Below are positions 1 to 12,230 of a stretch of DNA of 64,000 bases, one piece after another (the stretch's first letter is position 1; each line of letters starts with the position of its first letter). The notes under the pieces were generated by a model, which saw nothing but the letters and a program-made list of their open reading frames with translations, had not been told where the DNA came from and did not search any database. The stretch spans positions 124,001 through 188,000 of the forward strand of contig NIVC01001462.1 in assembly GCA_002269645.1 (NCBI GenBank). The letters run 5' to 3'. The DNA comes from Macrostomum lignano. Lineage: Eukaryota. The translations under genes and the position numbers were made by a program.

Positions 1-114
1 AAGTCTATCATAATAAACTGTCTTTACTTTAACAGGCCTGAGAGGCCACAAGAGAAACTGTAAGACATTCAACTTAAAAAAAATATTAATAACAAACTAT
101 TTTATTGTTCACCA

Positions 115-292
115 ATGCAGTCAATCAAGTGCGTGGTAGTTGGCGACGGAGCCGTGGGCAAGACCTGCCTGTTAATCTCGTACGCTACAAACCAGTTCCC
201 CGAAGAGTACATACCCACAGTGTTCGACACCTACAGTGCCAACGTGATGGTGCAGCAAAAGTCCATCAACCTGTGTCTGTGGGATACTGCCG
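115..292 (+). CDS. Rac: Rac-like Rho-family GTPase, exon 1 (aa 1-59 plus first base of G60)
   Basis: [23 protein letters not shown]...YIPTVFD...LWDTAG aligns ungapped to the Rac1 N-terminus (P-loop, switch I, W56). Donor G|GTAAGA at 292/293. Confidence 0.95.
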
Positions 293-362
293 GTAAGATA
301 GTCGTATATTTTTATGCATTAGTTACTCCCTAACTCAAATTATGAGGGCACCCTCTCTCTTG

Positions 363-1262
363 ATGACACATCTCTGTCTCAATTGAGGTCACATCTTTGT
401 CCGAGCTGAGGACACATCTCTGTCTAAGCTGAGGACACATCTCTGTCTAAGCTGAGGACACATCTCTGTCTGAGCTGAGGACACATCTCTGTCTGAGCTG
501 AGGACACATCTCTGTCTGATCTGAGGACACATCCCTGTCTAAGCTGAGGACACATCTCTGTCTCAATTGAGGTCACATCTTTGTCCGAGCTGAGGACACA
601 TCTCTGTCTAAGCTGAGAACACATCCCTGTCTAATTTGAGGACACATCTCTGTCTGAGCTGAGGACACATCTCTGTCTGAGCTGAGGACACATCTCTGTC
701 TGAGCTGAGGACACATCTCTGTCTGATCTGAGGACACATCCCTGTCTAAGCTGAGGACACATCTCTGTCTGAGCTGAGGACACATCTCTGTCTGAGCTGA
801 GGACACATCTCTGTCTGATCTGAGGATACATCCCTGTCTAAGCTGAGGACACATCTCTGTCTGAGCTGAGGACACATCTCTGTCTGAGCTGAGGACACAT
901 CTCTGTCTGATCTGAGGATACATCCCTGTCTAAGCTGAGGACACATCTCTGTCTGATCTGAGGACACATCTCTGTCTGAGCTGAGGACACATCTCTGTCT
1001 GATCTGAGGACACATCCCTGTCTAAGCTGAGGACACATCTCTGTCTGAGCTGAGGACACATCTCTGTCTGAGCTGAGGACACATCTCTGTCTGATATGAG
1101 AACACATCTCTGTCTGATCTGAGGATACATCCCTGTCTAAGCTGAGGACACATCTCTGTCTGATCTGAGGACACATCTCTGTCTGATCTGAGGACACATC
1201 TCTGTCTGAGCTGAAGACACTGTCTCCACTGAGGACACACTTTTGTCTTATCTGAGGACACC
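363..1262. repeat. 22-bp minisatellite (GCTGAGGACACATCTCTGTCTG/A) in Rac intron 1
   Basis: About 40 tandem copies with few substitutions. Confidence 0.95.
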
Positions 1263-2064
1263 CGTATCTCATTCATGCTCTCCATTTGAATCTTTAGAGG
1301 AAAATCACCTGTAATTATCTAGCCAACTTACTTTTTTATTCATCTCTTCCAGCCAGCCCAGCAAAAGTCTACCACCACAGCCTATAGCTAAAGCTCTGAG
1401 CAAATATGGCCAAAACACACAAAACAAACTGATGCTGTACTCCCAGTTGCTTCCAGGGGGAAAGCAGTTCCCTCCCCTCCTCTTTCATTCTTAATCCTAT
1501 GTCCATCTGTAAAGCCCCTCCCCCAGCTCTTGTTTCACATCCCTTCTTTATTTCTGGCAGCATGCCAAGCCATTTGCCATTGGCTGTCAGACCGAACTAT
1601 AGCAGCTCAGGCAAGGGAATTCCCTCAAGGCGATGAGGTTCGCTTCTTCTCAAATGTGTGCTTTGCCTCCGGCGTTTCAACCTGAACTTTGCATACCACC
1701 TCCCCGCCTCTGCATTGGCCCAGATGATATCGATGGCTTGCAGTGTTGGCAAGGTGCCAAAAACTGAACTGACCACTGAATAGCTGTCACAATATGGCCC
1801 GGTTTTTTCGATTTTTCTACTTTTAATCTCAGCCAAAACCGCTTCCAACCCTATCCCCAGCTGTATGAAATCCCACTATATATTATTATCCCTTGAGAAT
1901 AATCCGCTCCCATCTCACTACGTCTCTGAGTTAGTAGGGATAATCTGCTTATGAAGCATTCACTCAGGATATTGATAGCATCTGTGTAGCTTGAATTGAA
2001 GCGCCTTTCTGTCCTTGAAAATTGTATGCCAATATCAGCAATGTGCACGCATGTATTATGGCTT

Positions 2065-3235
2065 TTGGCGCCTTATGCTGTCTTGAATTGGGCGCCTTAT
2101 GCTGTCTTGAATTGGGCGCCTTATGCTGTCTTGAATTGGGCGCCTTATGCTGTCTTGAATTGGGCGCCGTATGCTGTCTTGAATTGGGCGCCTTATGCTG
2201 TCTTGAATTGGGCGCCTTATGCTGTCTTGAATTGGGCGCCGTATGCTGTCTTGAATTGGGCGCCGTATGCTGTCTTGAATTGGGCGCCGTATGCTGTCTT
2301 GAATTGGGCGCCGTATGCTGTCTTGAATTGGGCTCCGTATGCTGTCTTGAATTGGGCGCCTTATGCTGTCTTGAATTGGGCGCCGTATGCTGTCTTGAAT
2401 TGGGCGCCGTATGCTGTCTTGAATTGGGCGCCGTATACTGTCTTGAATTGGGCGCCGTATGCTGTCTTGAATTGGGCGCCGTATGCTGTCTTGAATTGGG
2501 CGCCGTATGCTGTCTTGAATTGGGCGCCGTATGCTGTCTTGAATTGGGCGCCGTATGCTGTCTTGAATTGGGCGCCGTATGCTGTCTTGAATTGGGCGCC
2601 TTATGCTGTCTTGAATTGGGCGCCGTATGCTGTCTTGAATTGGGCTCCGTATGCTGTCTTGAATTGGGCGCCTTATGCTGTCTTGAATTGGGCGCCTTAT
2701 GCTGTCTTGAATTGGGCGCCGTATGCTGTCTTGAATTGGGCGCCGTATGCTGTCTTGAATTGGGCGCCTTATGCTGTCTTGAATTGGGCGCCTTATGCTG
2801 TCTTGAATTGGGCGCCGTATGCTGTCTTGAATTGGGCACCGTATGCTGTCTTGAAATGGGCGCCCTATGCTGTCTTGAATTGGGCGCCTTATACTGTCTT
2901 GAATTGGGCGCCTTATGCTGTCTTGAATTGGGCGCCGTATGCTGTCTTGAATTGGGCGCCTTGTGCTGTCTTGAATTGGGCGCCTTATGCTGTCTTGAAT
3001 TGGGCGCCTTGTATGTCTTGATGTGGGCGCCTTCTGTCTTGAATCGAGCGCCTTTCTGTCTTGACTAGGGCGCCTTTCTGTCTTGACTAGGGCGCCTTTC
3101 TGTCTTGACTAGGGCGCCTTTCTGTCTTGACTAGGGCGCCTTTCTGTCTTGACTAGGGCGCCTTTCTGTCTTGAATATGGCGCCTTCTGTCTTGATTTGA
3201 GTGCCTTCTGTCTTGAATAAGATACCTTTCTGTCT
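2065..3235. repeat. 24-bp minisatellite (GGCGCCTTATGCTGTCTTGAATTG) in Rac intron 1, changing to a shorter variant at the 3' end
   Basis: More than 40 highly homogeneous tandem copies. Confidence 0.95.
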
Positions 3236-3335
3236 GTCTGCCAGTGAAAAATAGAGTTTAAGTAACCATGCAAATTTTCAGCTGTGCAGGCACTAATGGT
3301 TTATTACTCAACGCCCCAAATACACTCGCCCACAG

Positions 3336-3580
3336 GTCAAGAAGAGTACGACCAGCTCAGGATACTCAGCTATCCGCAGACAGACGTAATGATTGTATGC
3401 TTTGCATTGGACAATCCCATCAGTTGCGACAATGTCCGCTCAAAATGGGTGCCTGAAGTCAGGCACTATGCTCCAAATTCGCCAATATTACTTGTTGGCA
3501 CTAAGAAGGATCTAAGAGACGATCCGGAGACTATTGAACGGCTTAAGGCTAAGAATCGGGCTCCAGTGTCAACAATTAAG
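3336..3580 (+). CDS. Rac: Rac-like GTPase, exon 2
   Basis: Acceptor CACAG|GT restores G60[17 protein letters not shown]...[11 protein letters not shown]. Donor AAG|GTAAGG at 3580/3581. Phases are consistent with exons 1 and 3. Confidence 0.95.
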
Positions 3581-3629
3581 GTAAGGAGTCAAAATTTGTG
3601 AATTTACGCTCGTAGTGAGCTGTTTGGCA

Positions 3630-4245
3630 AAGTGAGGTGGCTGGCGGAGTGAGGTGGTTGCACTGGCGGAGTGAGGTGGTTGGCGGAGTGAGGTGGCTGG
3701 CGGAGTGAGGTGGCTGGCGGAGTGAGGTGGTTGGCGGAGTGAGGTTGTTGGCGGAGTGAGGTGTTTGGCGGAGTGAGGTGTTTGGCGGAGTGAGGTGTTT
3801 GGCGGAGTGAGGTGGTTGGCGGAGTGAGGTGGTTGGCGGAGTGAGGTGGCTGGCGGAGTGAGGTGGTTGGCGGAGTGAGGTTGTTGGCGGAGTGAGGTGT
3901 TTGGCGGAGTGAGGTGTTTGGCGGAGTGAGGTGTTTGGCGGAGTGAGGTGGTTGGCAGAGTGAGGTGGTTGGCGGAGTGAGGTGGTTGGCGGAGTGAGGT
4001 GGCTGGCGGAGTGAGGTGTTTAGCGGAGTGAGGTGGTTGGCGGAGTGAGGTGATTGGCGGAGTGAGGTGGCTGGTGGAGTGAGGTGGTTGGCGGAGTATA
4101 CGGTAAGGTGGCTGGAGTGAGAAGGGGGCCGGTATAGTGAGGTGGTTGCGTAGTGAGGTGGCTGGTGGAATGAGGTGGTTGGCGGAGTATACGGTAAGGT
4201 GGTTGGAGTGAGAAGAGGCCGTTTATAGTGAGGTGGTTGCGGAGT
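3630..4245. repeat. 17-bp G-rich minisatellite (GGCGGAGTGAGGTGGYT) filling Rac intron 2
   Basis: Tandem copies occupy most of the 704-nt intron. Confidence 0.95.
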
Positions 4246-4284
4246 TTTTTTAACAAAGATATTCTTAACTTTCCTCTCGCTCAG

Positions 4285-4449
4285 GGACAGGCCCTGGCCA
4301 AGGAGATACAGGCAGTGAGGTACTTAGAGTGCTCGTCCAAGCTGCAATCCGAGGTGAAGACGGTATTTGACGAGGCAATTCGGCTAGTGCTGAGCCCCAG
4401 GCCTACAACACTGAAGAAGCGTTCGAAACGGGAGTGTCTGATTCTTTAA
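4285..4449 (+). CDS. Rac: Rac-like GTPase, exon 3 (spliced protein 195 aa, polybasic tail and CAAX box CLIL)
   Basis: Pyrimidine-rich acceptor CTCAG|GGA; [19 protein letters not shown]...FDEAIRLVL...[11 protein letters not shown]. Confidence 0.95.
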   Translation, partial: GQALAKEIQAVRYLECSSKLQSEVKTVFDEAIRLVLSPRPTTLKKRSKRECLIL

Positions 4450-4590
4450 TCAGCAAGCAGCTGGGGAAAGGGTGCCACTCATTCAGCTTGGCTTCTGAAG
4501 ACTGCAGCTCTTCAATAGAATAATGAATTGCATATATGGATGTTTTTATCAATTTATATCATTTAACTTCTCGTTATTGTACCGGTCTTT

Positions 4591-4596
4591 AATAAA
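4591..4596 (+). promoter_or_regulatory. Probable polyadenylation signal of the Rac-like gene
   Basis: AATAAA about 140 nt after the stop codon. Confidence 0.5.
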
Positions 4597-6192
4597 TATC
4601 ACACTTCAACTGTCTGCTTTCGCACATCACAACGGTTTCTTTGCCGCATATGGAGTAAATTATATAGCACAATATGCTACTTAATGTAAAAGATCTATCT
4701 ATTGTAAATAACTAGATGTATACGTAAAAATGGAAACATTTGTTTTATAGATATATACGTAGATTACATGTAAATATAGAGTGCACAAATGATTTTTCGA
4801 TTTTGAATAATTCTCCCAGTTATTAGAAATTCCCTACATTTATAGCCAGCTATAGCTCACGCGGCCTCACTCAGCATTGAAAGAATCAATATATTTGGCA
4901 AGATTTAGCTGTCCCTTGAGCCCTTGGTGCTCACAGGTTATTTGAAGATCGCCGATTATATTGCTGATTAACAATTCTGTGCCGTGTGACAGCGTCGAAA
5001 TCTAGCAACTAGTTATACAATATTATATAAAACGCGCATCAATCATATTCTTGTGCATGTCACAGTGTACATGTTATAAACTTCATTTAATCATCAGCGA
5101 TCGGATCGATTGTTAATTTGTTAGTACGTTTCTGTGGTTTTGATTTATTTACACATACAGAATATTAGTAAGCCTGGTTTACCTTGTACAGATTGTGGTA
5201 ACTATAGCTAGATGTATTTTTAATGACAGGATCTGAATTTATTTAATACGCTCGTAATGATAGCTGCATCTCAAAATGACGTTTATCCGCGTGTCATAAA
5301 TTTTTCCGTGTCATAGCTAGCTATTCTCATAACTATACTTAAAAGTAATTATATTTACATCGTTGTATTCCATTTAAATGGAATACTTATTATATCGTTA
5401 AATACTTTTCAACCGTGTCAGTGCAGTGTTTTACGTTCAAGTACATGTACAGCTATCAAAATCACAAAACATTAATAAATTTGAAGATTTTAGTCTAGCT
5501 ATGCTGCCGATTCATCTGATTCTAATACATGTAATATTTCTATATTCATATTTCTATGAATCTATATGCTCTTACGAGTCCGAATACTCGTAATAATACC
5601 ATAATTACACGGCATAATACAAACTTACTTTTCTTTGTATTACGTATATTATTATGTAACTAAAGGTTTCTTTATTTCTGGACCTCCGAATGTCCAAATT
5701 AACTAGGTATATAACCATTCCGTTAGTTTACAGTTGCATATGGAATTTTGTTAAACTAATTAGTATGATTGATTTTAGAGTATAGCTACATGTACATGGA
5801 ACGATATCTACGAGCTACATTGTATTAACTTTTAAATTATACATCTTTTAATTAGCTACTAGTCACGAATATTAGCTTGCAGATATATAGGATCAAGTGA
5901 TATGGCTATAAGCTTAATTCTGATTTCTTGCTTACAGCGTGAATGATGTTAGCTAAAGGTTTTTAAAAAAATACACATCAACCAACATCCGTGAAAACTT
6001 ACTTCTGCTGAAAGTTTAAACTCTTGAATGTTGACAGATTAAAGTTTTATTCAAGATTTAATAAATATGCGTAAATGTGCTACATTGGCTGTGTAGTACT
6101 TTTAAAACAACTTATATAATCTGAATAAAAAATACTAATTGAAATATATTAAAACCTTTGGAATAATATTGTAGCTATTCAATTATTACGAC

Positions 6193-7321
6193 CAGGGGTC
6201 AACAAACTCCCGCCCACGAAGCAGCTCTCGATCCGGTTCGATCGGGTACATGTACTCGTACTTTCACTAGGACGCTTTGATAAGACCTAAACTTCACAAC
6301 GCCTAAAATACCTGCACGCTCCCACATCGACTAAATTTTACAACGCCTACATCCTTGCTTCTCTCCTTCACATTCAGTTTTCGGTTTTGTGAAAGTTAGG
6401 CGATATGAAGTTTAGGCGATATGAAAGAGCAAGCAGATTTTTAGACGTAGTGAAACTTGGGCGATATTAAATTTATTCAATATGAAGTAGGATGCATTTT
6501 TGGTTTTAGGCGTTTTGAAATTTAAGCGTTATGAAATTTAGGTGATGTCAAGTCATGTGCCTTAGGCGTTGTGAAATTTAGGTTTTATGAAGCGCCCCCC
6601 TTTCACAAGTTTCAAAAACTTCACAATACAATCCAGCCCGCTTAAGGTTTGTGTCTCTTCTCCCTTCTGTCTGATCTCCTCTCTCCTCTCCTTTTTCTTC
6701 TCTTCTCTCACCTCTCCTTTCTCCCCTTTCTCTTCTCTCCTCTCTCCTCTCCTTTCTCTCTTCTCTTCTCTCTCTCCTCTCCTTTCTCTCCTCTCTCTTC
6801 TCTCCTCTCTCTTCTCTCCTCTCTCCTCTCCTTTCTCTCCTTTCTCTTCTCTCCTCTCTCCTGTCCTTTTTCTTCTCTTCTCTCACCTCTCCTTTCTCCC
6901 CTTTCTCTTCTCTCCTCTCTCCTCTCCTTTCTCTCTTCTCTTCTCTCTCTCCTCTCCTTTCTCTCCTCTCTCTTCTCTCCTCTCTCTTCTCTCCTCTCTC
7001 CTCTCCTTTCTCTCCTTTCTCTTCTCTCCTCTCTCCTCTCCTTTTTCTTCTCTTCTCTCACCTCTCCTTTCTCCCCTTTCTCTTCTCTCCTCTCTCCTCT
7101 CCTTTCTCTCTTCTCTTCTCTCTCTTCTCTCCTCTCTTCTCCTCTTCTTTCTCTCCTAAGCCGTTGTGGTTTCTCCTCTTCATTCTCTCCTCTCCTCTCC
7201 TATTTCGTATCTTCTCTCTTCTCTTTTATTCCTCTCCTCTCCTCTCTCCCCTTCTCTGGGCCGCAGTCATGCACTAGGTTTTCTACCTGGCCCTTGAGGT
7301 AAAAAAGTTTGCCGACCCCTG
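6193..7321. mobile_element. Non-autonomous hAT (Charlie-type) element
   Basis: TIRs CAGGGGTCAACAAACT / AGTTTGCCGACCCCTG (14/16 match). Degenerate 8-bp TSD ATTACGAC / ATTTAGAC, resembling the NTCTAGAN target. Confidence 0.8.
6655..7255. repeat. CT-rich polypyrimidine low-complexity repeat inside the hAT element
   Basis: Almost pure C/T tract with internal higher-order duplication. Confidence 0.95.
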
Positions 7322-7584
7322 ATTTAGACGAAAGTTGCCATCAAAGGATAAATTAATTAAAAATGGGGAAATAGTGGGCAAGCAGTATAATTTTTGGTAT
7401 TGGTTGAAAGATTACTGTTATCACTAAATAAACACGTCAAAAAGTACAAAATTAGCGATCAGATCTATCATGCATGAATATACGTTAGTATATACTCGTA
7501 CATGCATAAAAATTTAAATTACAATACGAGCTCATACTATAAATTATTAATCTGTAAAATAAAAAAACTGTAATCTAAAATATA

Positions 7585-8050
7585 CCCAGCAACATTGAAA
7601 AGTCGCCACTCTATGCGCCAGTGAGAAATTTCTCCCGGACTGTTCTGAAATAAAAGACACGAGAAAACTGATAGGGGCAGCTCCAATCCGTCCAACCCTC
7701 GCACACCGCTCCCCCCAATTCATTCCTCAACTCAGTCTGCCGCGGCGTAGCTAAATTGCACCACAACTCATGTTAGCATCGAAAATTCGCCATCACAAAA
7801 GATGCCGTCTGTGGTCGCCACTTTTGAGAGTGCAGGTAAAGTCTCTCAGTCTTTGAGAGTGACGTAACGATCAGCTACCCCGCGGCAGACTGAGCCGAGG
7901 AATGAAGTGGGGGGAGCGGTGTTCGAGGGTTGGACGGATTAAAGCTGCACCTCAGTTTTCTCGCTTCACCATCATCGTTTATTTTAGAACAGACCAATAA
8001 GAGAAATTGCTCACTGGCGCCTAGAGTGGCGACTTTTCAATGTTGCTGGG
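7585..8050. mobile_element. Foldback MITE with ~175-bp inverted arms (CCCAGC...GCTGGG termini)
   Basis: 7585-~7760 is the near-perfect reverse complement of ~7872-8050. Flanks are TA / CA. The CCCAG ends suggest the CMC/EnSpm class, which is an inference. Confidence 0.85.
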
Positions 8051-8184
8051 CATATAAAACAGTGTTCCGTCATTCTGTTTAAAACAAGATAAAATATAAA
8101 CAACAAGTTTTTCAGTCATTTAGAGGCATCTTATGGTATTACGCGAGTAAATAATTAATATTTAACTCAATGGCTACAAACATA

Positions 8185-8333
8185 CCCAGCTACACTGAAA
8201 ACTGCCAGCCTAGAGTATTGTCAGGGCCAGGGCGATTGACTTTAGTCCACATCACACTGCAAATGATGCAGAGTTATTCAACTCTCGCTCAGACGCATTT
8301 TGTTCCAAGGTGATGTTTTTCAATGTCGCTGAG
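8185..8333. mobile_element. Short MITE related to the 7585-8050 family
   Basis: CCCAGCTACACTGAAAA ... TTTTCAATGTCGCTGAG termini, flanked by TA on both sides. Confidence 0.6.
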
Positions 8334-9010
8334 TAGCTACTCGTATATCTAAGATATAATATCTTATTAGCTTGAGTTAATGTTTTCAATTTTGATGACA
8401 AGGATTACTACAGTAGAAGGACGCAACGCTCGAAATATATGAAAAATTGATATTCATAAAGCTTTTTGTTCACAAAATTAGGATTTCTATCTAATTTTTT
8501 TATCCTACGACATTTCATGCACCTAAAAACCATGTAAAAATGCATTACACAGCTCGAATATTTGGTTTAATGGATTTACTTTATCATCTCTGTTACACAT
8601 TTTGTTACACAGTCAGCTAAGAATGACAAAAAATCATAAAACCAATGATCAAAGCCGTGCCTTTTAATGGCTTTTAGGCACAGGACATGTACAATATTGT
8701 ACAATAAATACAAATTAACATAGAATCCCGATTTTCCAAACGAAAAGCTTTATGAATATAAATATCAATATAATAAAGGCACATCATATTAAAAGATGAA
8801 CATGGGGTCAGCCTCCTATCGAAAGCAATAGCAATTTTTTATTCTGAAAAAAGAAAACTTCACGTATCTCTGTAGTGTATTTCTCTGCGAAAAGAGGCCT
8901 TCAAAGCATTTTCCATATATCTCGAGTGTCGCGTCCTGTATGCTTTAGTTGTCCTTGGTTGCTTAGTAGTTGTACATCATAAGCTTGAGTTAACCCCAAA
9001 ACAGCGCAGA

Positions 9011-9313
9011 TCAGACTTCGAACTTCACCAGGTACCTGGGAGATGCCTGCTCAGGCCGGTATACAATGTACTCGTCGTTTAACACGCCTCCAGTTCTCCT
9101 CGAGTTCCGTTTGGCGAACACCGAGTCGAAACCGGCGGCAACAACAGTCTGCAAGTTCAGGTCGTTCCTGGGCGCGTCGCACACCATGTACTTGCCGAGC
9201 ACAACGTTGCACAGGAGCAGGGTCTTGACGCGGCTGTCAATAGCGTACTGTGCACTTTTAGTAGTGTCGGTTGCAAAGTAGATCCCTGCTCCGTACATGC
9301 CACCGGTACCAAC
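9011..9313 (-). CDS. Tankyrase-like ADP-ribosyltransferase (PARP catalytic domain) copy A, last exon
   Basis: VGTGGMYGAGIYFATDTTKSAQY...LLLCNVVLGK...LNDEYIVYRPEQASPRYLVKFEV* matches tankyrase GGMFGAGIYFA...EYVIYRGEQAYPEYL. Inferred acceptor TTAAG|GTT. AATAAA on the minus strand at 8838-8843. Confidence 0.85.
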   Translation of the reverse strand, partial: VGTGGMYGAGIYFATDTTKSAQYAIDSRVKTLLLCNVVLGKYMVCDAPRNDLNLQTVVAAGFDSVFAKRNSRRTGGVLNDEYIVYRPEQASPRYLVKFEV

Positions 9314-9967
9314 CTTAATTGTGTACAGCGGTTTCGAGGTTATAATTTAATATAGTTTAAGAGAAAATTAGTTTTGCTAATCGATAAAATTTATTAAAAG
9401 CAACTTGGAAAGGATCGAGGCACTAGCCATTTCCTCACCTATAAGTCTATTATTATTATTATTATTATTAAACAGACGCTGACGCAGGGTATAGTAAAGA
9501 AGGTAAGTCTATGGTAAAGAAGGATGAAAGTTTCGGAGTGCTATCCATGGATGGAGGGAAAAAATCTGAGCCTCGATTTTCACTTTTAGTATCCCTTCCC
9601 ACCGTTCCTTCCTATTGGCTCGTGACTGCCATTAGACAAACTCGTTTTTTGTTTTCGTCCCTCTCTAAAAGGTATGTCCCAGCATTGTACGAGCTTAGAT
9701 CGAAATACGCTTTTTCAGAGTTTTAGTTCTTTGTGTAGCTTAACTAAGCTGACATGCTCTTCGCTTCCAGAATCGCAGGCATTTAGTTTCACCAAGTTTG
9801 ATATAAGTTTATTGTACGTTCGTAGCTGTAATTTCGTTATGCCCAATGGTTCGTAGGTTTATATTGCGCTGCTCTTGATTGTGACTTAAAGTCTATTTTT
9901 TCCTCCATGGTGCTATCATGCTCACAAGCTGCAGAGCAGCCCTTTCATCAAGCAGACTTTTGCAAAG

Positions 9968-10560
9968 ATGGCCGCGTCAGCTTCGTTCACTCGGTCTGAC
10001 ATAAGAGCAGATGGAGGACCGGCTGTCCAGAGAGCACCTTCATCGATTTCATCGAGGAGGCAACGACTTTCTCAGCAGGATTTTGACAGGGGATGAGACT
10101 TGGATCTACGAATGGGATCCTGAGCTGAAGCGCCAGTCAGCACAGTGACTTCCAAGGAGATCAGCAAGCCAGGAGATAATGCAGCGCAAGCAGAGTTCAA
10201 CGAAGGGGATGCACATCGTCTTCTTCGACGGCCATGGCATTCTGGTGGACTGGCCTGTGCCAGTCGGTACAAAGGTAAACGCGGAATATCACAAATATAT
10301 TCTGGAAGAGAAACTGCGACCGGCAATCAAAAAGAAGCAACCTGGCTTGCTTAAAAGAGGGGTCATCTCCGTGCACCGCGCCAGAAGACTGGAAGAGCAC
10401 CTGGAGTCCTGGGACTGGAAAATTCTGTCTTAGCCCCGCTCTTCGCCGGACTTGGCTCCGGCGGGCTTCTACGTTTCCCTAAGGATGAGGAAGAGACTTC
10501 GTGGTCAACGTTTTGGCTCGGTGGAACAAATTAATAACAGCTAGTGCTTCATCAACTCTC
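9968..10560 (+). mobile_element. Internally deleted mariner (DD34D-type) transposase pseudogene in the ART-A intron
   Basis: ILTGDETWIYEWDPELKRQS, IVFFDGHG, VNAEY and a (H)PRSSPDLAP motif; in-frame stops; no TIRs found. Confidence 0.85.
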
Positions 10561-11205
10561 CGGCATCTGGTCATTGGCAGTTGCAGCCCGCATGCCTTTG
10601 AGGCGTAGGTGTCGCTTGCAGAAGTGCGTTGACCTCGGCGGCAAATTTGTAGAGTATCTATGAGTTCATTTTGTGGTTGCCAAGTTTTGTTGATTGTTGA
10701 TTCACTGCTGTGTTTTTTATAGTTCATCAAAACTTAGCTACTTTTTGGATAGCCCTCTTAGCATACTGTACATACACTGAAAGATTGCTTAGTGTGTAAC
10801 TGAGTTGAATAATGGCCAGAAACTTCACAGTGACTACCTTTCATAAAAATGACACTAGCTAATTTCTTTACGCGGCAAAATTTCTGGCGTAGTTGTAATC
10901 ATACTGTTTTAATAGGATATCGATGCGCAATCCCGCAAGAGTCGTGTATTGCAGTACTCGTAGTTTTCCTTAATTTTTTAGCTGACGCTAAACACCTGCT
11001 ATAACAGTTGCGTGTGCTCGACTGACTTGTGTGCTTGCTCATACTGTAATAGAAGAAAAAGACCACTAGGAGCACTTTGTTGTTGGCTAGTAGTGCTTGA
11101 TGGGAAAGCCATCGAATGGTCAGCGAAATCGCCACCCTGCCAAGGGCACCCGCAGTTCTGACATACACTGTATATTACGAGCTAGCAGGCGCCAACTTTA
11201 GATAC

Positions 11206-11654
11206 CTGAAAGCCTTCCTGAATGATCCTCTCGGCTTTGTCTCCAGTCGTGCCGTGGATGAGCAGGAGTGGCTCGCTGTTTTTCTTAACCAGCTGGTCGT
11301 ACACGTGATAGACCCGCCTGTCCAACACGGGGTTTTCGATCTTCTCGATGGTTAAAATTCTCACTTTGATATTGTGCTCCGGCTTGACATATCTGGTCAC
11401 CCTGTCCAGCACCTGAATGTATTCCAGAGAGTTTTCAGGGTCATTTTCCCACAGCATTGTGCGCTTGACCTGGTCGTCGTCTCTCGGCCGACTAAACAGG
11501 CCGTTCCGCTGCATCTGGGCGGTGACCGGCCAGCATTTGGAGCAGAACTCGTTGCTGACTAGCCGAGATGAGGCTTCACGATCCAGCTCCTCCCAGTGGC
11601 CGCAGTTGAAAAGCCGAAATTTCTGTTGCAGCTGGGATTGGGGAGGTGAGAAAG
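11206..11654 (-). CDS. ADP-ribosyltransferase copy A, upstream exon (Cys/His motif, RIEKIEN-like segment, HGT motif)
   Basis: Acceptor TTTTATACAG|C (phase 1) ...TIEKIENPVLDRR...LLLIHGTTGDKAERIIQEGFQ|GTATCT. Splicing to 9313 gives EGFQVGTGGMYG, collinear with intronless copy C (DGFKIGDGGMFG). The 5' exons were not identified. Confidence 0.75.
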
Positions 11655-11739
11655 CTGTATAAAACAAATAGTAGTGAAATAATGGTCCAGTTGCAGTTTA
11701 GAGAAACGGCGTTTTAGAATTGTCGCTGCAAAGATTTGA

Positions 11740-12230
11740 TGTGTCTCATGGAAGCCCGAATGTGTCTCATGGAAACCCGAATGTAACTCTTATGGAAGCT
11801 CGAATGTACCTCTCATGGAAGCCCGAATGTGTCTCTCATAGAAACTCGAATGTAACTCTCATGAAAGCCCGAATGCATCTCTCATGGAAGCCCGAATGCG
11901 TCTCTCATGGAAAGCCCGAATGTGTCTCTCATGGAAGCCCGAATGTAACTCTTATGGAAGCTCGAATGTACCTCTCATGGAAGCCCGAATGCGTCTCTCA
12001 TAGAAACTCGAATGTAACTCTCATAAAAGCCCTATTGCGTCTCTCATGGAAGCCCGAATGCGTCTCTCATGGAAGCCCGAATGCGTCTCTCATGGAAGCT
12101 TGAATGCGTCTCTCATGGAAGCCCGAATGTAACTCTCATGGAAGCCCGAATGTAACTCTCATGGAAGCCCGAATGTAACTCTCATGGAAGCCCGAATGTA
12201 ACTCTCATAGAAGACCGAAGTGTCTCATTG
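11740..12230. repeat. 22-23-bp minisatellite (CTCTCATGGAAGCCCGAATGTGT)
   Basis: Tandem copies with higher-order variants. Confidence 0.9.

Noticed and set aside
1964-3068. Long ORFs of 291-348 aa on both strands
   Set aside because: They are translations of a stop-free 24-bp minisatellite inside Rac intron 1.
6578-7302. Ser/Leu-rich and Arg/Glu-rich ORFs
   Set aside because: Artefacts of the CT-rich tract inside a MITE.
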